From Chiloscyllium plagiosum (lineage: Eukaryota): a stretch of 64,000 bases of DNA. The translations under genes and the position numbers were made by a program. The DNA lies in the NCBI RefSeq assembly GCF_004010195.1, contig NC_057749.1:16165831-16229830 (forward strand), written 5' to 3'. The notes beneath the pieces are model-generated. The model had not been told where the DNA came from, ran no database searches, and saw nothing but the letters and a program-made list of their open reading frames with translations. This document shows, piece by piece, positions 25,078 to 38,597 of this stretch; within the stretch, counting starts at the first letter, position 1; every line of letters starts with the position of its first letter.

Positions 25078-25696
25078 TGAGTTAATCAGTATAACTCCTA
25101 TCCCATCATCCTGCCCTAATTCTAGGTGTGAAGGGCTAACAGTGGGAGCCCTGAAATCTAGCCTTGAGGTATAACATCAGGACTGCTGCGCTTTTCCAGC
25201 AACACATTTTCAGCGAACACATCAGGACTGCCTACTTTGGGCAAAGGATAATGACTTTGGAGGGAGGGAGCTCGACTGAACATTCCCAACTTGAGATTGA
25301 TTAATCTTTGACAGACGGGGGAGGGGGGGGTTTACAGAACCAGGATAGAATGTTGAAGTGTTGTTGTGGGGGGTGGGTGGGGTGGTTTAGAGAGAAGTCT
25401 GATTGGAGGATATTAGCTTGGTTGACACGACAGACACAGAGCAGGAGCAACTCACTGTAAGACACTGAACACTTAATCTTAATTCATAGATTCACAGAAC
25501 GCGAGAGGAATCTGGTACAGTGGCTTCCATTTTGAAAATGGTCTTGAATTCAGCCCAGATTCCAGGATAGAAATCTCTGATACCTTTAAGTTCAGAGCTT
25601 GGGATTCCAGTGAGGGGAAACGGTCTCAATATTTTCAGTCAAGCTGATAGCAAGAAATGCATTGGTTTCCATCTTCCCCCCTCCCCCGATCTGGGG

Positions 25697-26538
25697 TAAA
25701 ATAACTGCATAGAGGTCAGTCTTCCCACACCAAGTCACTCTTTATTCACACATGGAGAGTCCTTAACACTGATCCAGCTCCCTCAGAGCCAGCTCTCAGA
25801 GTGAACAAGGTGTCTGACACTCCTATTTATTTATTTATTTATTTATTTGTTTTAAAATAATTTAACCCCCACACTATCACCTAAGTGCGGTAGTGCTTAT
25901 TTTTTCCCCAGCACCCATGGTGTGTGTGTGCAGGTGTGAGACACAGTGAAAGATACAAAGTGCACCAATCTTTATTTAATTTCCACCACCAGGAAGATAG
26001 GAAAACACCCGGGTGGCCAGTGACAAGCAGTGCCCTTCACATCGAAGGGCAATGCTGTGTGATCAAACAGTGAAGGGGAGGGTAGGGACTAAATCAAAAT
26101 AGAGTTGGAGGGGGAACACTCCTATTTATTTTCTTTCTTTTTTCTTTTTTTTTTGTTTTTTCTTTTTTTTCTTCTTTTTTTCCCACCTAAGTGCGGTAGT
26201 GCTTATTTTTTTTCCCAACACCCATGGCGTGTGTGTGCAGGTGGGAGACACAGTGAAAGACACAAAGTGCACCAATCTTTATTCAAACTCCACCACCAGG
26301 AAGATAGGAGAACACCCGGGTGGCCAGTGACAAACAGTGCCCTTCACATCGAAGGGCAATGCTGTGTGATCAAACAGTGAAGGGGAGGGTAGGGACTAAA
26401 TCAAAATAGAGTTGGAGGGGGAACACTCCTATTTATATCTGTCAGCCCGGGTTCACTGATTGAACCAGAATAACAGCCTCAATCAGAGAACTCATTTTCT
26501 GTGAGGTCCAGCTGGCTGGCCTCATTACAATCATTACA
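25697..26538 (-). mobile_element. Solo Gypsy-type LTR, split by a double insertion
   Basis: 25697-25830 plus 26437-26538 rejoin into a sequence homologous (reverse complement) to the LTR at 3936-4128. Confidence 0.7.
25831..26422 (-). mobile_element. Two tandem copies of a ~290-bp A-tailed retroposon of unknown family
   Basis: Copies at 25831-26115 and 26130-26422. ACACTCCTATTTAT occurs three times (25817-25830, 26116-26129, 26423-26436). T-rich tract at the left of each copy. Confidence 0.85.
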
Positions 26539-27574
26539 CCAGGGTTTATCCTGTCTCCCCCAGATTCCCCAGTTCCCTGGTGGACAGATCTTGTTACTTT
26601 CTCTGCAATGGCTATCAATGCAAAGTCATAAGCAAAAAGACCTGAGGACAAAGGGGATCTGAGCTTCATCAAATAAATGCAACATTTATAAAAATCATAT
26701 TAAGGCAGGAGCATGTAATCAGGTATTGCACAATTCCATGTTATGTGATCAGAACATGACATGGACAAACCTCCATAAATAGCTCCAACCAGACTGACCA
26801 ACTTCATGTATCAAGCACAAAACCACACTTAACATTTTAGCTTGAAAGAGTAGTGTGGGTTAAAATTGAGAGCCAGTAGTGAATGTCTGCAAATCGGCTG
26901 AATATCTGTGTTTTAAATCTCACGTCAGAGGCTGGAGTTTGACTTTGTCCGTTTGCATAATCACTTATCCCAGTTTCCATCGTTACCGAATAGTGTTTCC
27001 AGGCAACATGACAACAGACTGCAGAACTATGCAGGGTAAGCCTTACCCATAACAGATCTGTTTAATCCCCAGTCAGCCATACTCAGATTGGATTAGTGGA
27101 GGCTCAGTATTAGTCTGGTGGAGTGGAGTCTGTTCAATTATCATTACATTGAAGCAAGGCCACAGGATAAACAATGGCCCAAAGCCAAGAGATTCATATT
27201 TCAAACAACCTGAAGGAAACACACAGTAAGGCAGGAACCAGCTGCGAGAAAAAGCAAGCTGGCATTGAATAATGACTTAAGAACTCAAAAATCTGTCAAA
27301 GAATTTGCCTCAAAAGCAGCCCTAAGGCAGCTGGCCAAAAGCTTCATCCAAGGGGTTAGCTTCAAGGAGGAGGGAGAAGCAGGGAGTTTCAGCAAGGAAA
27401 TTCCTGAACTTTACAGCCCAAGCTGGTGAAACGGCTGAAATAGGAAACATGGAAGGTGCCCAGATTTAGAGGAGAAATATCTCAGTGGGTCAAGGTGCTG
27501 GAGAACATTGCAGAGAATGGGAGGGAGGGGTAGTGGTCTTGTGAGGAGTCAGTGTGAGCTCAGTGTAAACAGAG

Positions 27575-28925
27575 GCGTTCGACAAGGACCCTCATGGTGG
27601 GCTTATCCATAAATTAAGATGTATGGGATCCATGGTAACTTGGCCACATGGATTCAGAATTGGTCTGCCCATAGAAGGCAGAGAGTAGCGGTGCAAGAGT
27701 GTTTTTCAGGCTGGAGGTCCATGACTAGTGGTATTCCGCAGGTATCCATACTGGAACCCCTGCTGTCTGTGATATATATATATATATGATTTGGAGATGT
27801 CGCTGTTCAACTGGGGTTTACAAAGTTAAAAATCACACAACACCAGATTATAGTCCAACAGGTTTAATTGGAAGCACTAGCTTTCGGAGCATCGCTCCTT
27901 CATCAACCACCTGATGAAGGAGCAGCATTCCGAAAGTTAGTGCTTCCAATTAAACCTGTTGGACTATAACCTGGTGTTGTGTGATTTTTAACCGTGATAT
28001 ATATAAATGACTTAGATGAAAATGTAGACAGTGGGTTAGTGAGTTTGCAGATGATACAGAGATTGGTGGAGCTGTGGATAGTGTGGAAGTTGTCAAAGGA
28101 TACAGTGGGATATAGATCAGTTGCAGATATGGATTGAAAAATGGAAAATGGAAGTTATTCCAGGTAAGTGCGAGGTGCGGCACTTTGGGAGATCAAATGT
28201 GAAGGAAGGTATACAGTCAATGGCAGGACCCTGAACAGCATTTATCTACAGAGGGATTTTGGGGTTCAAATCCATAGCTCCCTGAAAGTGGCCACACAAG
28301 TAGTTAGGGTGGTAAAGAAGCTGTATGGCATGTTTGCCTTTATTGGTCAAGGAATTGAGTACAAAAGTCAGGATGTCATTTTGCAGCTTTATAAGACTTT
28401 GGTTCAGCCTCACTTAGAGTACTACGTTCAATTCTAGTTGCCACATTACAGGAAGGAAGAGAAGGCTCTGGAGAGGGTGCAGAAGACATTTACCAGGACG
28501 CTGCCTGGGTTAGAGGATATGAGCTATAAGGAGAGGCTAGAAAAACCTGTGTTGCTTTCTCTGGAGCGGCAGTTGCTGAGGGGAGACTTGATAGAAGTCT
28601 GTAAAATTGCGCTGCATAGATAGGGTTGATGGTCAGAATCTGTTCGCCAGAGAAATATCTCGGGTATGCATTTCAGGTGAGGGTAGAAAGTTCAAATGAG
28701 ATGTGAGGGGCAAATGTTTTTACACAGAGAGAGCTACGAGTCTGGAACACACTGCCAAGGGGAGGTGGTGGAAGCAGATATGAGAGGGGTGCCAATGAAT
28801 ATGCAGGAATTGGGGGGGGGGCGGTTATGGACCCAAGGGCAGGAAGAAGGGATTAGTTTAATTTGGTGGAATGGTCGGCACATTGGGGGCTGAAGGGCCT
28901 GTTCCTGTGCTGTACAGTTCTATTT
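27575..28925 (+). mobile_element. CR1 ORF2 3' part and UTR, interrupted by a fold-back element
   Basis: FADDT.IGG, RDFGVQIH.SLKVATQV, PHLEYYVQF, LERVQK.FTR, LRGDLIEV. Confidence 0.88.
27825..27992. mobile_element. 168-bp near-perfect palindrome of two inverted Penelope-type pLTR ends with hammerhead motifs
   Basis: gttaaaaatcacacaacaccag...ctggtgttgtgtgatttttaac; centre cacCTGATGAaggagcagcattccGAAAgttagtg. The host CR1 sequence gtgatatatata..atga appears on both sides. Confidence 0.85.
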
Positions 28926-29459
28926 CTAAAAGCAGAATTTAGGGTAAATTCGGGTTTGTGGAGGACTGAGGTCAGTCAGGAGTGCTTTAGAATAGTCTGA
29001 AGTAACAAAGACCCAGATGAGAACTTCAGCAAAGCAGATAAACTAAGGCAGAATACCATGAGAAAAGGCCCTTCCATTCACCATCCCTCCCCACCCAGCA
29101 GCTTTCATTTATTTTTAAAATAATTCCCCGATTTTCATCCTCGTTATTCTATTTGGGAGTTTTTCCCCATCGTGGTCGCTGTATGAAGAACTGTTAGTGG
29201 TAAAGCTGATGAGTATGTAATAATCCTCAGGTGGTAAGCACTAACTGAGGTACAGACTGAAATAGTGATTGCTGAGTTTGGAGGTCCATGTTTTTAATGT
29301 ACATGACCATGAATAAAAGTTTAGAACCTGGGTAAGGATGGGCTCCTTTTCCATCAATCACTATTTATTATCTACGAAAGAACAAAATCTTCCTGTTACC
29401 AAATTCACCTGGTATCGGTTTTGAGCCCTTGCTCCTGGTCTCATCTGTATATGTAAAAT

Positions 29460-29750
29460 AATAAGATCATGGATAGAAAGGAGTCTAAAACTAGAAGCTG
29501 TAGGTTTGAGGTGAGAGTGGAAAGAATTAAGGGGGATCCTTTCCAGACAGACAGTGGTGCATATCTGGAACGAGCTGTAGGGGAAGTGACATTTAAAGGT
29601 ATTTGGGCAGGTACATGGATTGGAAAGATTTACAGCGATATGGGCCAAATGCAGGCAAATGGGACTAGTTCAGTTTAGGAAATCTGGTCGGCATGGATGA
29701 GTTGGGCCGAAGGGCCTGTTTCCGTGCTGTATACCTCTATAACTCTATAA
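29460..29750 (+). mobile_element. CR1 3' end
   Basis: Same family as 1605-2150; ...gggcctgtttccgtgctgtatacctctataactctata tail. Confidence 0.75.
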
Positions 29751-30289
29751 CTAGAGTAAAAGAGCAAATTTTCTTTTGAGCAGCAAGTTGTGATGATCTG
29801 AAAATGAGGGATGGAAACAAGTTGAGTAGTAATTTTCAAATGATGATTCAATGAACTCTGGAACAAGCAAAACATTGGCAGGGCTGTGCTAGAAGAGCTG
29901 GGGAGTGGGGCTAATTAGACTGCATTTCCAAAGAACTGTGATAGAGATGATGGGCTGAATGGCCTGTTTTTGTGCTCTATAGATCCACAAGTGACTTTTT
30001 CCATTTTTTATACAGCATCTTTGATGTTGGAAAATATCCCTCTGCGTTTCACATAAATTTAAAAATATGGCTCTCAAACTTAAGGAATGAGCTGTGAGGG
30101 TGATGGGGTGGAGGTGACTCAAAGCTGGATTAACATCCTGGGTTTTAAGGTCTCTCTTGAAGAGGACCATGCAGCTCAGAGTTTATTGTGTGAATTCCCA
30201 GAGATGGCAGATATAGGATAAGACCAGGAAGAATCCTGTGTTCAGGAAATCTAGAAGCAACACAGATCAAAGAAGAATAACCAACTTAA

Positions 30290-30538
<249 letters not shown>

Positions 30539-30754
30539 TAAGAATGTTGTGCTAGTAATCCAACAATCCCTAACTTTCCAGAGCCCTTAAACCGAACCCT
30601 GATTTAGCACAAGTCCAATTTTGATTGGGAAATTTCAAACCTGCTTCAAGGGGAACATATGAATAAGGAAAGTGAGTAGCCCACTCAGCCCCTTGAGCCT
30701 GCACTGTCAGTGAATAAGGTCATGGATTATCTGATTACTCCATATTTCCAGCTA

Positions 30755-31830
30755 CCCATAAGATATAGAAGCAGAATGATGCCATTTGGCCCATCATGTC
30801 TGCTCCACCATTCAATCATGGCTGATAGGTTTCTCAGGAGAAAGTGGGGACTGCAGAAGCTGGAAGTCAGAGCCGAGAGTGTGGTGCTGGAAAAGCACAG
30901 CAGGTCAGGCAGCATCCAAGGAGCAGGAGAATTGACATTTTGGGCACAAGCCGAATTCCTGATGAAGAGCTTATGCCTGAAACATTGATTCTCTTGCTCT
31001 CCGGATGCTGCCTGACCTTTTTCCAGCACCACACTCTCGACTCTGATTGGTTTCTCAATCTCATTCTCCTGCCTCCTCCCCTTACTAATCAAGAACCTAT
31101 CTATCCCTCTCTTAAATACACTCAATGACTTGACCTCCACAGTCTTCTTTGGCAATGAGTTTCACAGATTCACCCCTGTCTGGCTGAAGAAATTCCTCCC
31201 CATCTCAATTCTGATGTGTCATCCCTTCATTCTGAGGCCATGCCTTCTGATCCTAATCTCTCCTAAATATCTTCTCTATGTCTGTTCAATCTGGGCTCTG
31301 TAAGTTTCAATCTGATCCCCTCCCTATCCTTCTAAACTCCATTGGGTACTGACCCAGAGACCCTCAACTGCTCCTCATATGGCAAATCCTTCATCCCTGG
31401 GATTATTCTTGTAAACCTCCTCTGGACCCTCTCCAACATCAGCACATCCTTCCTTAGATCCGGGGACAAAACTGTTCATAATATTCCAAACGCAGTGTGA
31501 CCAGAGTCTTATACAGCCTCAGCAGGACATCTCTGCCCTCATATTCTGGCCCTTTTGAAATGAATTCTAACATTGTAATTGCCTTTCTGTGTAATGGCCC
31601 TCTGTGTTAGCCTTAAGAGAGTCATGAACTAAGACTGGCAAGTCCCTTTGTGCTTCCGATTTCCAAAACCTTTCCCCATTTGGAAAGCAGTCTACACCTC
31701 TGTTCTTCCTACCAAAGTCTATAGCCTCACACCTTCCCACATTATATTCCATCTGTCTCATCCTTGCCCACTTTCCCAGCCTGTCCAAGTCCTTCTTGCA
31801 GCCTCCCCACTTCCTCAACACGATCTGTCC
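30755..31830 (-). mobile_element. CR1 3' region, interrupted by a fold-back element
   Basis: ORF 31567-31836(-) DLDRLGKWA..QMEYNVGRCE..FGRKN; SLSVFKRGIDRFL. Confidence 0.8.
30837..31042. mobile_element. Fold-back Penelope derivative
   Basis: Inverted arms around ttcCTGATGAagagcttatgcctGAAAc. TSD CTGAT(A/T)GGTTTCTCA at 30822-30836 and 31043-31057. Confidence 0.85.
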
Positions 31831-31879
31831 CTCCAAGTTGCTAGTTGCTCTCCAATCCTGAGATTATTACCTATTGGTT

Positions 31880-32560
31880 CTGCTTTATACTTTAACTCCT
31901 AGCTGCTCATACTCCCTCACCAGAACCTCTTTCCTCTTTCTACCCATACTGTTGGTACCTACATGGACCAGATAACTGGAATCTCCCTTCCCACTGCTCT
32001 GCAGCCCAGATGAAATATCCTGAACCCCAGCACCAAGCAGGCAACACAGTCTTCGGGACTCTCAATCCTGGTCCCAGGGAAGTGTCTGTTCCCCTGACTA
32101 TGATATCCCTGATTACAAATGCATTTCTCTTTTCTCCCGCCAGTTTTGAATGGCCACCTACACCATGGTTCTCTAGTCAGTTTGCTCATCTTCCCTACAG
32201 CCCCTACTCTCATCCACACAGGGAGCTAGAATCTCAAACCTGTTAGATAAGCTCAAGGGCTGAGGCTCCCTCAGCACTACCACCTGCATCCCTCTACCAG
32301 CCTCGTTCGGAGGCACACCCCTGTCCCTGATGACGGGCCGGATTCAAGGTAGTTAATTAAAGGGGTGCGACTACCTCCCGAAACATGGCGTCCAGGTAAC
32401 TCTCCCCATTCTTTAATGAATCAGCTCAGACTCCAGCTCATCAAGCATTTCCTCCAGCAACCAGCTCTTGCTACAGATGTGGTCACTCTGAACCACAGTG
32501 GGGTCCAGCAGCTCCAACATCACACAGGTACGACACATCTCTTGGTCCTGCATGTATGTT
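31880..32560 (-). mobile_element. CR1 ORF1 remnant (esterase-type)
   Basis: Minus strand VHVGTN (~31950-31970), C-L-L-G-A-G (~32030) and HICSK (~32470) motifs, typical of CR1 ORF1 SGNH-esterase/zinc-finger. Confidence 0.6.
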
Positions 32561-33129
32561 TTATTTAGTTAGGTCTTAATTTTATTTTTAAAAATGTCCC
32601 ACTGGTCTTTTATTTTGTAACCTGTAAATATTTCCCCTATTTACCTTCAGTCTGAAAGTAACCTTTAATAGATGGTCAAAGTAGCAGCAAATACCAACCA
32701 ATGAAATTACAGTTTACCTGTGTCACTCTTATCTGCAACTTATCCTTACACCTTACAAATCATGAGCCAAAAATAAGCAAGCAAATAGCACCTCTTCTAC
32801 TCTGCGCTGATTTCCTACAGTGCCTCCAAATTCCCCAAATAATGCACGCACTCATCGTTCACTCTGGATGTAATCTCTCCTTCCTGCCCAGGCACAGCTT
32901 CCTGGTCACACTTTCTTAAACAGAGCTGAGATAACTTTTACTGCAGGTGATCGACTGATAAGGAACCTCAGTCACTGGATTAACCTTTCAACCAGACGAC
33001 TAAAATTTAAACTGTTAAGATGGGGAAAGAAAAGAAAGATTTACCATTTCTTTTCCCACATTGCCTCTAGATTCCCTGAACTGTGTATTCACTTGGACTG
33101 TGTCTCACACTGGGTGTGATCTCTCCTTC

Positions 33130-34170
33130 CTGACTGTGTGCAGTTTACTGATCCTAAGAAACTCTGAAGTACTGCTGACTCTGCTTCTAACCTTTCACCC
33201 CCTGGCTTGCTTAACAAGAATTGATCAACCTCTGCCATAAAAAGTTTCTGTTTACACTTCCTTTCAAGGAAGAGAGTTCCAAAGACTTTCCTCCCTCTCC
33301 CTGAGAGCATTTCTCCTTACCTCTGTTTTAAATGGGCAACCCCTTATTTTAAACAGTGACTCCTTATTCTGATTTCTTTGAAAACAGGAAACATCCTGTT
33401 TACATCCTTTACTGGCCCCTCCCAGCAGTTATATTTCAATCAAATCACCTCTTATTCTTCTAAACTCCAACCGAGCCAATCGATTCTTTTATCATGAGGC
33501 AACCCATTCCAGTTATTAGTTAAGTAACCCTGATCTGAATGACTTCCAATGGATTACATCTTTCCTTAAATCAGGAGACCAACTCTGTACACACTCCTCC
33601 ACATGTAGTGTCACCTGTGCCCTTTGTAACTAAAGCATAATCTCCCAACCTTTTTTATTCAATTCTCCTTTACAGTAACTGAGAACATTTTCCTTGCTTT
33701 CCTAAATGCTTGCTGTACCTGCAAACTAAGCATTTGGGATGCACTCACTAGGACACCCAGATCCCTCTGCATCCCAGAGCTTTGCAATCTCTCACCTTTT
33801 AGATGCTTTGCTTCTTTTCCTATAATCTTCCTGCCGAAATGGACATTTTCCCACTTTCCCACATTTCAGTCCATTACTCAGATCTTTTCCCACTCACATA
33901 ACACATCAATGTCCTTTTCTAACTTTCTTGTGTTCTCCTCACAACTTACCGTCCTACCTTCAAGACATGTTTTTGTCATCAGCAAGTTTGGCGCGTGTAC
34001 TTTCCAGCCCCACCTCCAAGTCATTTGTATAAACTGCAAAAAAGCTGAGAGTCCAGCTCTGCTCACTGGGGTATTCCATTTGTTATATTGTGTTAACCAG
34101 AAATTAAAGCCATTTATGGCAGCCTCTGTTTCCCATTAACTGGACAATCTTTTACCCATCCTGATAAACT
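33130..34170 (-). mobile_element. Old CR1 ORF2 fragment
   Basis: VHFGRK...GERLQ...QRDLGVLV (33659-33862). Confidence 0.75.
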
Positions 34171-35329
34171 ACCCCATATAACATATCCTTTCAATATTCA
34201 GGAACCAATTCCTGTGGCCATGTCCCCATAGTGAGTATTCAGTTGTACCAATTTATTCCTATTGATGTGCTCAGTTCACCTGCTTTGCTTTGAATGCATT
34301 CAGATACAGAAGGTTTTGTTTTATCTTTTAATTATTTTTGTAACATTTACCCTTATCTGCTGCCTTTATCCCATCCTGATCTGTTTATCATTTCACGTAT
34401 TCATCCATTTATCTTTTTCCTTCACTCTCCTCTTTGATTTACCATGTCTTCCCAAATTTAATCCCTTGCCCCCACTACTTTGTGTCAAATCCTCTCTATT
34501 TCCCAATATGCAGTTTGCAAGAACACTGTCAGTTCAGGTGGAGACTAACACATCCATACAGTTTCTACTTTGCCCAGTTCTGATGCGAGTGCCACACGAA
34601 TCGAAACACACTTAGAGTCCGAGAGGTCGACAGCACAGAGAAAGGCCCTTCAGCCCACTGAGTCTGTGCCAGTCAGAAACAACCACCTAGCTATTCTAAC
34701 CCTATTTTCCAGCACTTGGCATGTTGCCTTGTATACCTTGGCATTGCACATCTAATAACTCAGATGGGCCCAGTGCGGACCTCAAGTGGGCCTTTACTTA
34801 CTTTCCGCAGCAAACATAGAGCCTGGCACCAGTAGGCCCAGCAGCAAAAGATAGTACAGAGGACCGTTGACTTCTCTGTTGGTTGGGTCTGGTGCTGGCA
34901 GTGACGAAGCTGTAGGAGGGCATCCCAGTCACAGTGAGGAGGTGGGCCCAGCATGAGAGGCGAGATTCCAACATTGGTTGGTCCAGTCCAGGTGGCAGTG
35001 AGACAGTGGCTGAGGAGAATTGACCCAGCAACTAAAGATGGTGCCCAAGAATTGGCGACTTTGACATTGGTTGGGTCTGGTGCAGATGGCGGTGAGGCAG
35101 TGCAGGAGGGAACGGCAACACAGATATCATTGATGGTGATGAGCTGTCTCAGGACTGACAGACTCTCTTTAAGCTAAATCTTTCTTTTCCTTATTCTTAA
35201 ATTATTCAAAATGGCGCTGAATCATGACAACAGCTGAAAGCTTTTCTCTGTATTTTGTTGTATTCTCATTGTAAGATAACGTGACAATAAAACCATTCAT
35301 TCATTCATTCAAATATTTCTTAAATGTTA

Positions 35330-35780
35330 TGAGGCTGGGAAAAGCAAGTAACAAAAAGAGGAACTTCTCCCACATCAGGTTTTGATCTATGCATTTATCT
35401 CCCTCTGAGATGGCATGCTCTCTGCCACATGGCTCAGATAATAATGCAGATATTGTGATCTTTGAGATTCTTAAGCTGATACTGAGCTGCTTGGACTGAC
35501 CTCGTTGAACCTCCTTCTTTGTCCTACCTACGTCATTGATACGTTCATAGACCACACTGACTTGATCATAGCCCCACCCCTGTAAGATCCTGTCCAGCAC
35601 TTAGCAGATCTACTACAGCCTGGCACTAGGCAGGCATTGCAGTGTCTAAACTCACAATCTTTGTGTGGGGAATGGTGTCAATACCTCTCATGGTACTGTC
35701 CCCTATTACCCCTGCATTCCTTTATCCACCTCCCACTGGAATGGCATTTCTCCACTGCCTCCTCCTCACTTTTACAAGTT
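35330..35780 (-). mobile_element. Second CR1 ORF1 (esterase) remnant
   Basis: ORF 35301-35600(-) VSVV...INDVGR...ITISALL.EP resembles CR1 ORF1. Confidence 0.5.
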
Positions 35781-36039
35781 GCCTTTTGTTTCAGTCGTTT
35801 GCTCTTGAAATTTCAATTCATCCCGCCTCTCTGTCACCTTTGATCCGAATTGTTTACCATTTCATCCTGGCCTTTCTGTGCCTCGTTGTTGGTCAGACTG
35901 TGGGTGGGAAAGACTGCACTTTTGTTTTGCACGCACACTTTTGAATTTAAACAGGAGCAAAGCTATTGCAACAAAGCTGGCCCTGTTGGTTTTAACCATT
36001 GAAGAGGACTCATGTACAGGAAATTTGGAATTTCCAAAA

Positions 36040-36557
36040 AGACTCTTTATGGAATAACACACTAGAAAGTAGTCTATCTGGATGCATCACAGCTTGGTTC
36101 AGCAACCGCTCTGGCCGGGACCGTAAGAAACTACAGAGAGCTGTGAACACAGCCCAGACCATCACACAAACCAACCTCCCACCCACTGACTCCATCTACA
36201 CTTCTCACTGCCTTGGGCAGGCAGCCCAACATCATCAAAGACCCCACCCACCCCAGTTATAATCTCTCCCCACCTTTTCCATCAGGCAGAAGATACAAAG
36301 CTCAAACACATCTACCAACAGGTTCAAGAACAGCTTCTTCCCCACTGTTATTAGACTTCTGAATGGACCTCTCAGATTTTAAATTTAATGTTGATCTCAT
36401 TCCCTGTGCACCTTCTCTGCAGCCGTAACATTGTATTCCTCACTCTGTTCTATGACCCTAATGCTTTTTGTATGGTATAATCTGCCTGTACTGCACTGCA
36501 AAACAAAACTTTTCACTGTACCCATGTACATGTGACAATAATAAATCAAAGCAAATC
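36040..36557 (+). mobile_element. Rex1/Babar LINE 3' end
   Basis: LESSLSGCITAWF.N....DRKKLQRAVNTAQTIT...PSGRRY...TNRFKNSFFP.VIRLLN; ends tgtgacaataataaatcaaa. Confidence 0.85.
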
Positions 36558-38135
36558 TTACTGTAATGTTCCATCTTTAATCTGGGCTTTTCACAAAAAT
36601 AACCTTACCATCACCAGTATTTGAAAATTCAGCAAGTTAACACCAATAAAAATAAACACTGCACCGTATCTGGGAATTTCTAAACATCTCAAGGATGAGT
36701 GCACCAGTTTACAATAGATTTTTATAATGAATTCATCATTATGATCAAGCTTTCCTTATAGAACAGTATCACAGAGGTCACTTGGAGTAATAGTCCTCTT
36801 CAGTTCATTCCCCTGTACGTAAATGATGCTGACTCACACTGGGCTACAGTATACAGGCAATGAACCCTCTTCTTTGAATTCATGAAGTGACAACTCATCC
36901 ATGTCCTTGATATCTCCAGACTTGACAATTCCAAAACAGTCTTAGTCAGCCCCCATTATCCGCATTCCATTAATGCAACTTATCTGAAATCCTGCTGCCC
37001 ATTCCCAAGTCTGGTTCATGCATCACCGCCATATGCCGGACCAATACAGACTCCCACATCATGGTTTGCTTCTCCCTGGCTCTGGTCACACTGCCAACCC
37101 TACAGCTGCACCCTTCCAATTCTGACCTTGTGGACCCCCCTCTCATTTGCACCTATATTGTTGCCTGCGCCTTCAGCTGTGTTTAGCTTACACTCTGGAA
37201 TGGAGAATGTTATCTTGATGGGGTTAGGTGAAAGGGGGCTGCCTGAACTCCCTCTGGAATTATCTGTCTATCTATCCATCCGTCTGTCTGTCTGTCTGTC
37301 TGTCTGCCTATCTATCTCCTCCTGTAAGGTACCAATGGTTTTGAACACCTGTCCTAGCTGTTATTGGGGCAGGTTTCCAACTGTTATTGTGTCGTTAATT
37401 GTCCTGTGAATTAATGAGACGTTTTAACATGTTAAATGAACTATATAAATGCAAGGTGCTGTTGTGAGTGGAATCACTTATGTAAATCACCCATTGGCTG
37501 GCATCAATTTCGAATTGACTTGAAGGCTCATGAGGGGAAATATTCCGGGAAGAAAACAAGAGAAATATTTCCTAATCAATAGGAACCACTCAATGTCTTC
37601 CAGGTCAATGTTATATTGCTAATATCCATCTAAACGTTAAGACAAAGAAACCGATGATAATTCACTCCTTCAATATGGCATGAGACTTACATCTATATTA
37701 TCACTTAATGTGGCATTTAAGCCACAACGTGTTCCCAGAGGCGAGGATGCTACTGTCTGAGCAGAACTGAAACTGATGTCTTGTTGGTTTAGTCACCATT
37801 ACTACATTTTACAAGAGGTCAACTCATTTATCCAGAGCCTGATGAGAATGTTGAGCATTCACTAACGTATGGAGTGGTTGAGGTGAATAGTATAGATTAC
37901 ATTTCGGGGAAACCGGGTGAACAAACTGAAGAGAAAGGAATGGTGAATGTTAACTTGATGGGGCTAGTGAAAGGGGGCTGGGGAAGGCTGGTGTAGACAA
38001 TAAGCTGCAGCACAAAATCAAATGCCCTGTTTTCATATTGTACACTCAATGTAACTCTATGACTCCATTCATCCTTGCCACTGTTAGAAAAACAGAATAC
38101 AATGCTGAGATTTGAAACAAAAATGTTTTTTCCAG

Positions 38136-38270
38136 GTTGAGAAACTGATCGCTGAGAAAGGCTGGGAGTTTATGTGGAATGAGAGACTTGGCTACATCCT
38201 GACATGCCCATCAAACCTGGGCACTGGACTCCGAGCTGGGGTACACATCAAACTACCCATGCTCAGCAAG
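38136..38270 (+). CDS. CKMT1: Mitochondrial creatine kinase, coding exon 7 (active-site CPSNLGT)
   Basis: [45 protein letters not shown]; tccag| acceptor, |gtacca donor; 135 nt. Confidence 0.97.
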
Positions 38271-38597
38271 GTACCAGCTCAATCTCATTTTCCAACTGGG
38301 CTTCAATTCTAATGGACATCATTTACTCTCCATTGTACATGACGCTGAAATCAGTTAGTCCTGATACACAAAACATTCGCAAACTACATGCTGAGAATAC
38401 CAGTGAAAGGAAAGGGAATAAGGTAGGCCTCTCTCCTTTAGACGATGATAGAACTCCTTGTGAAATTAAGTGACAAATTAGGGGGCTGAGATTCCACAGG
38501 GATTCCTGCTCACAAGAAACAAAACAGAGGCTGCTTTAACATGGAGCAGGACTAAACAGAACCTGACATGAACAGCCCACAGGTTAGCTGGTTTAAG

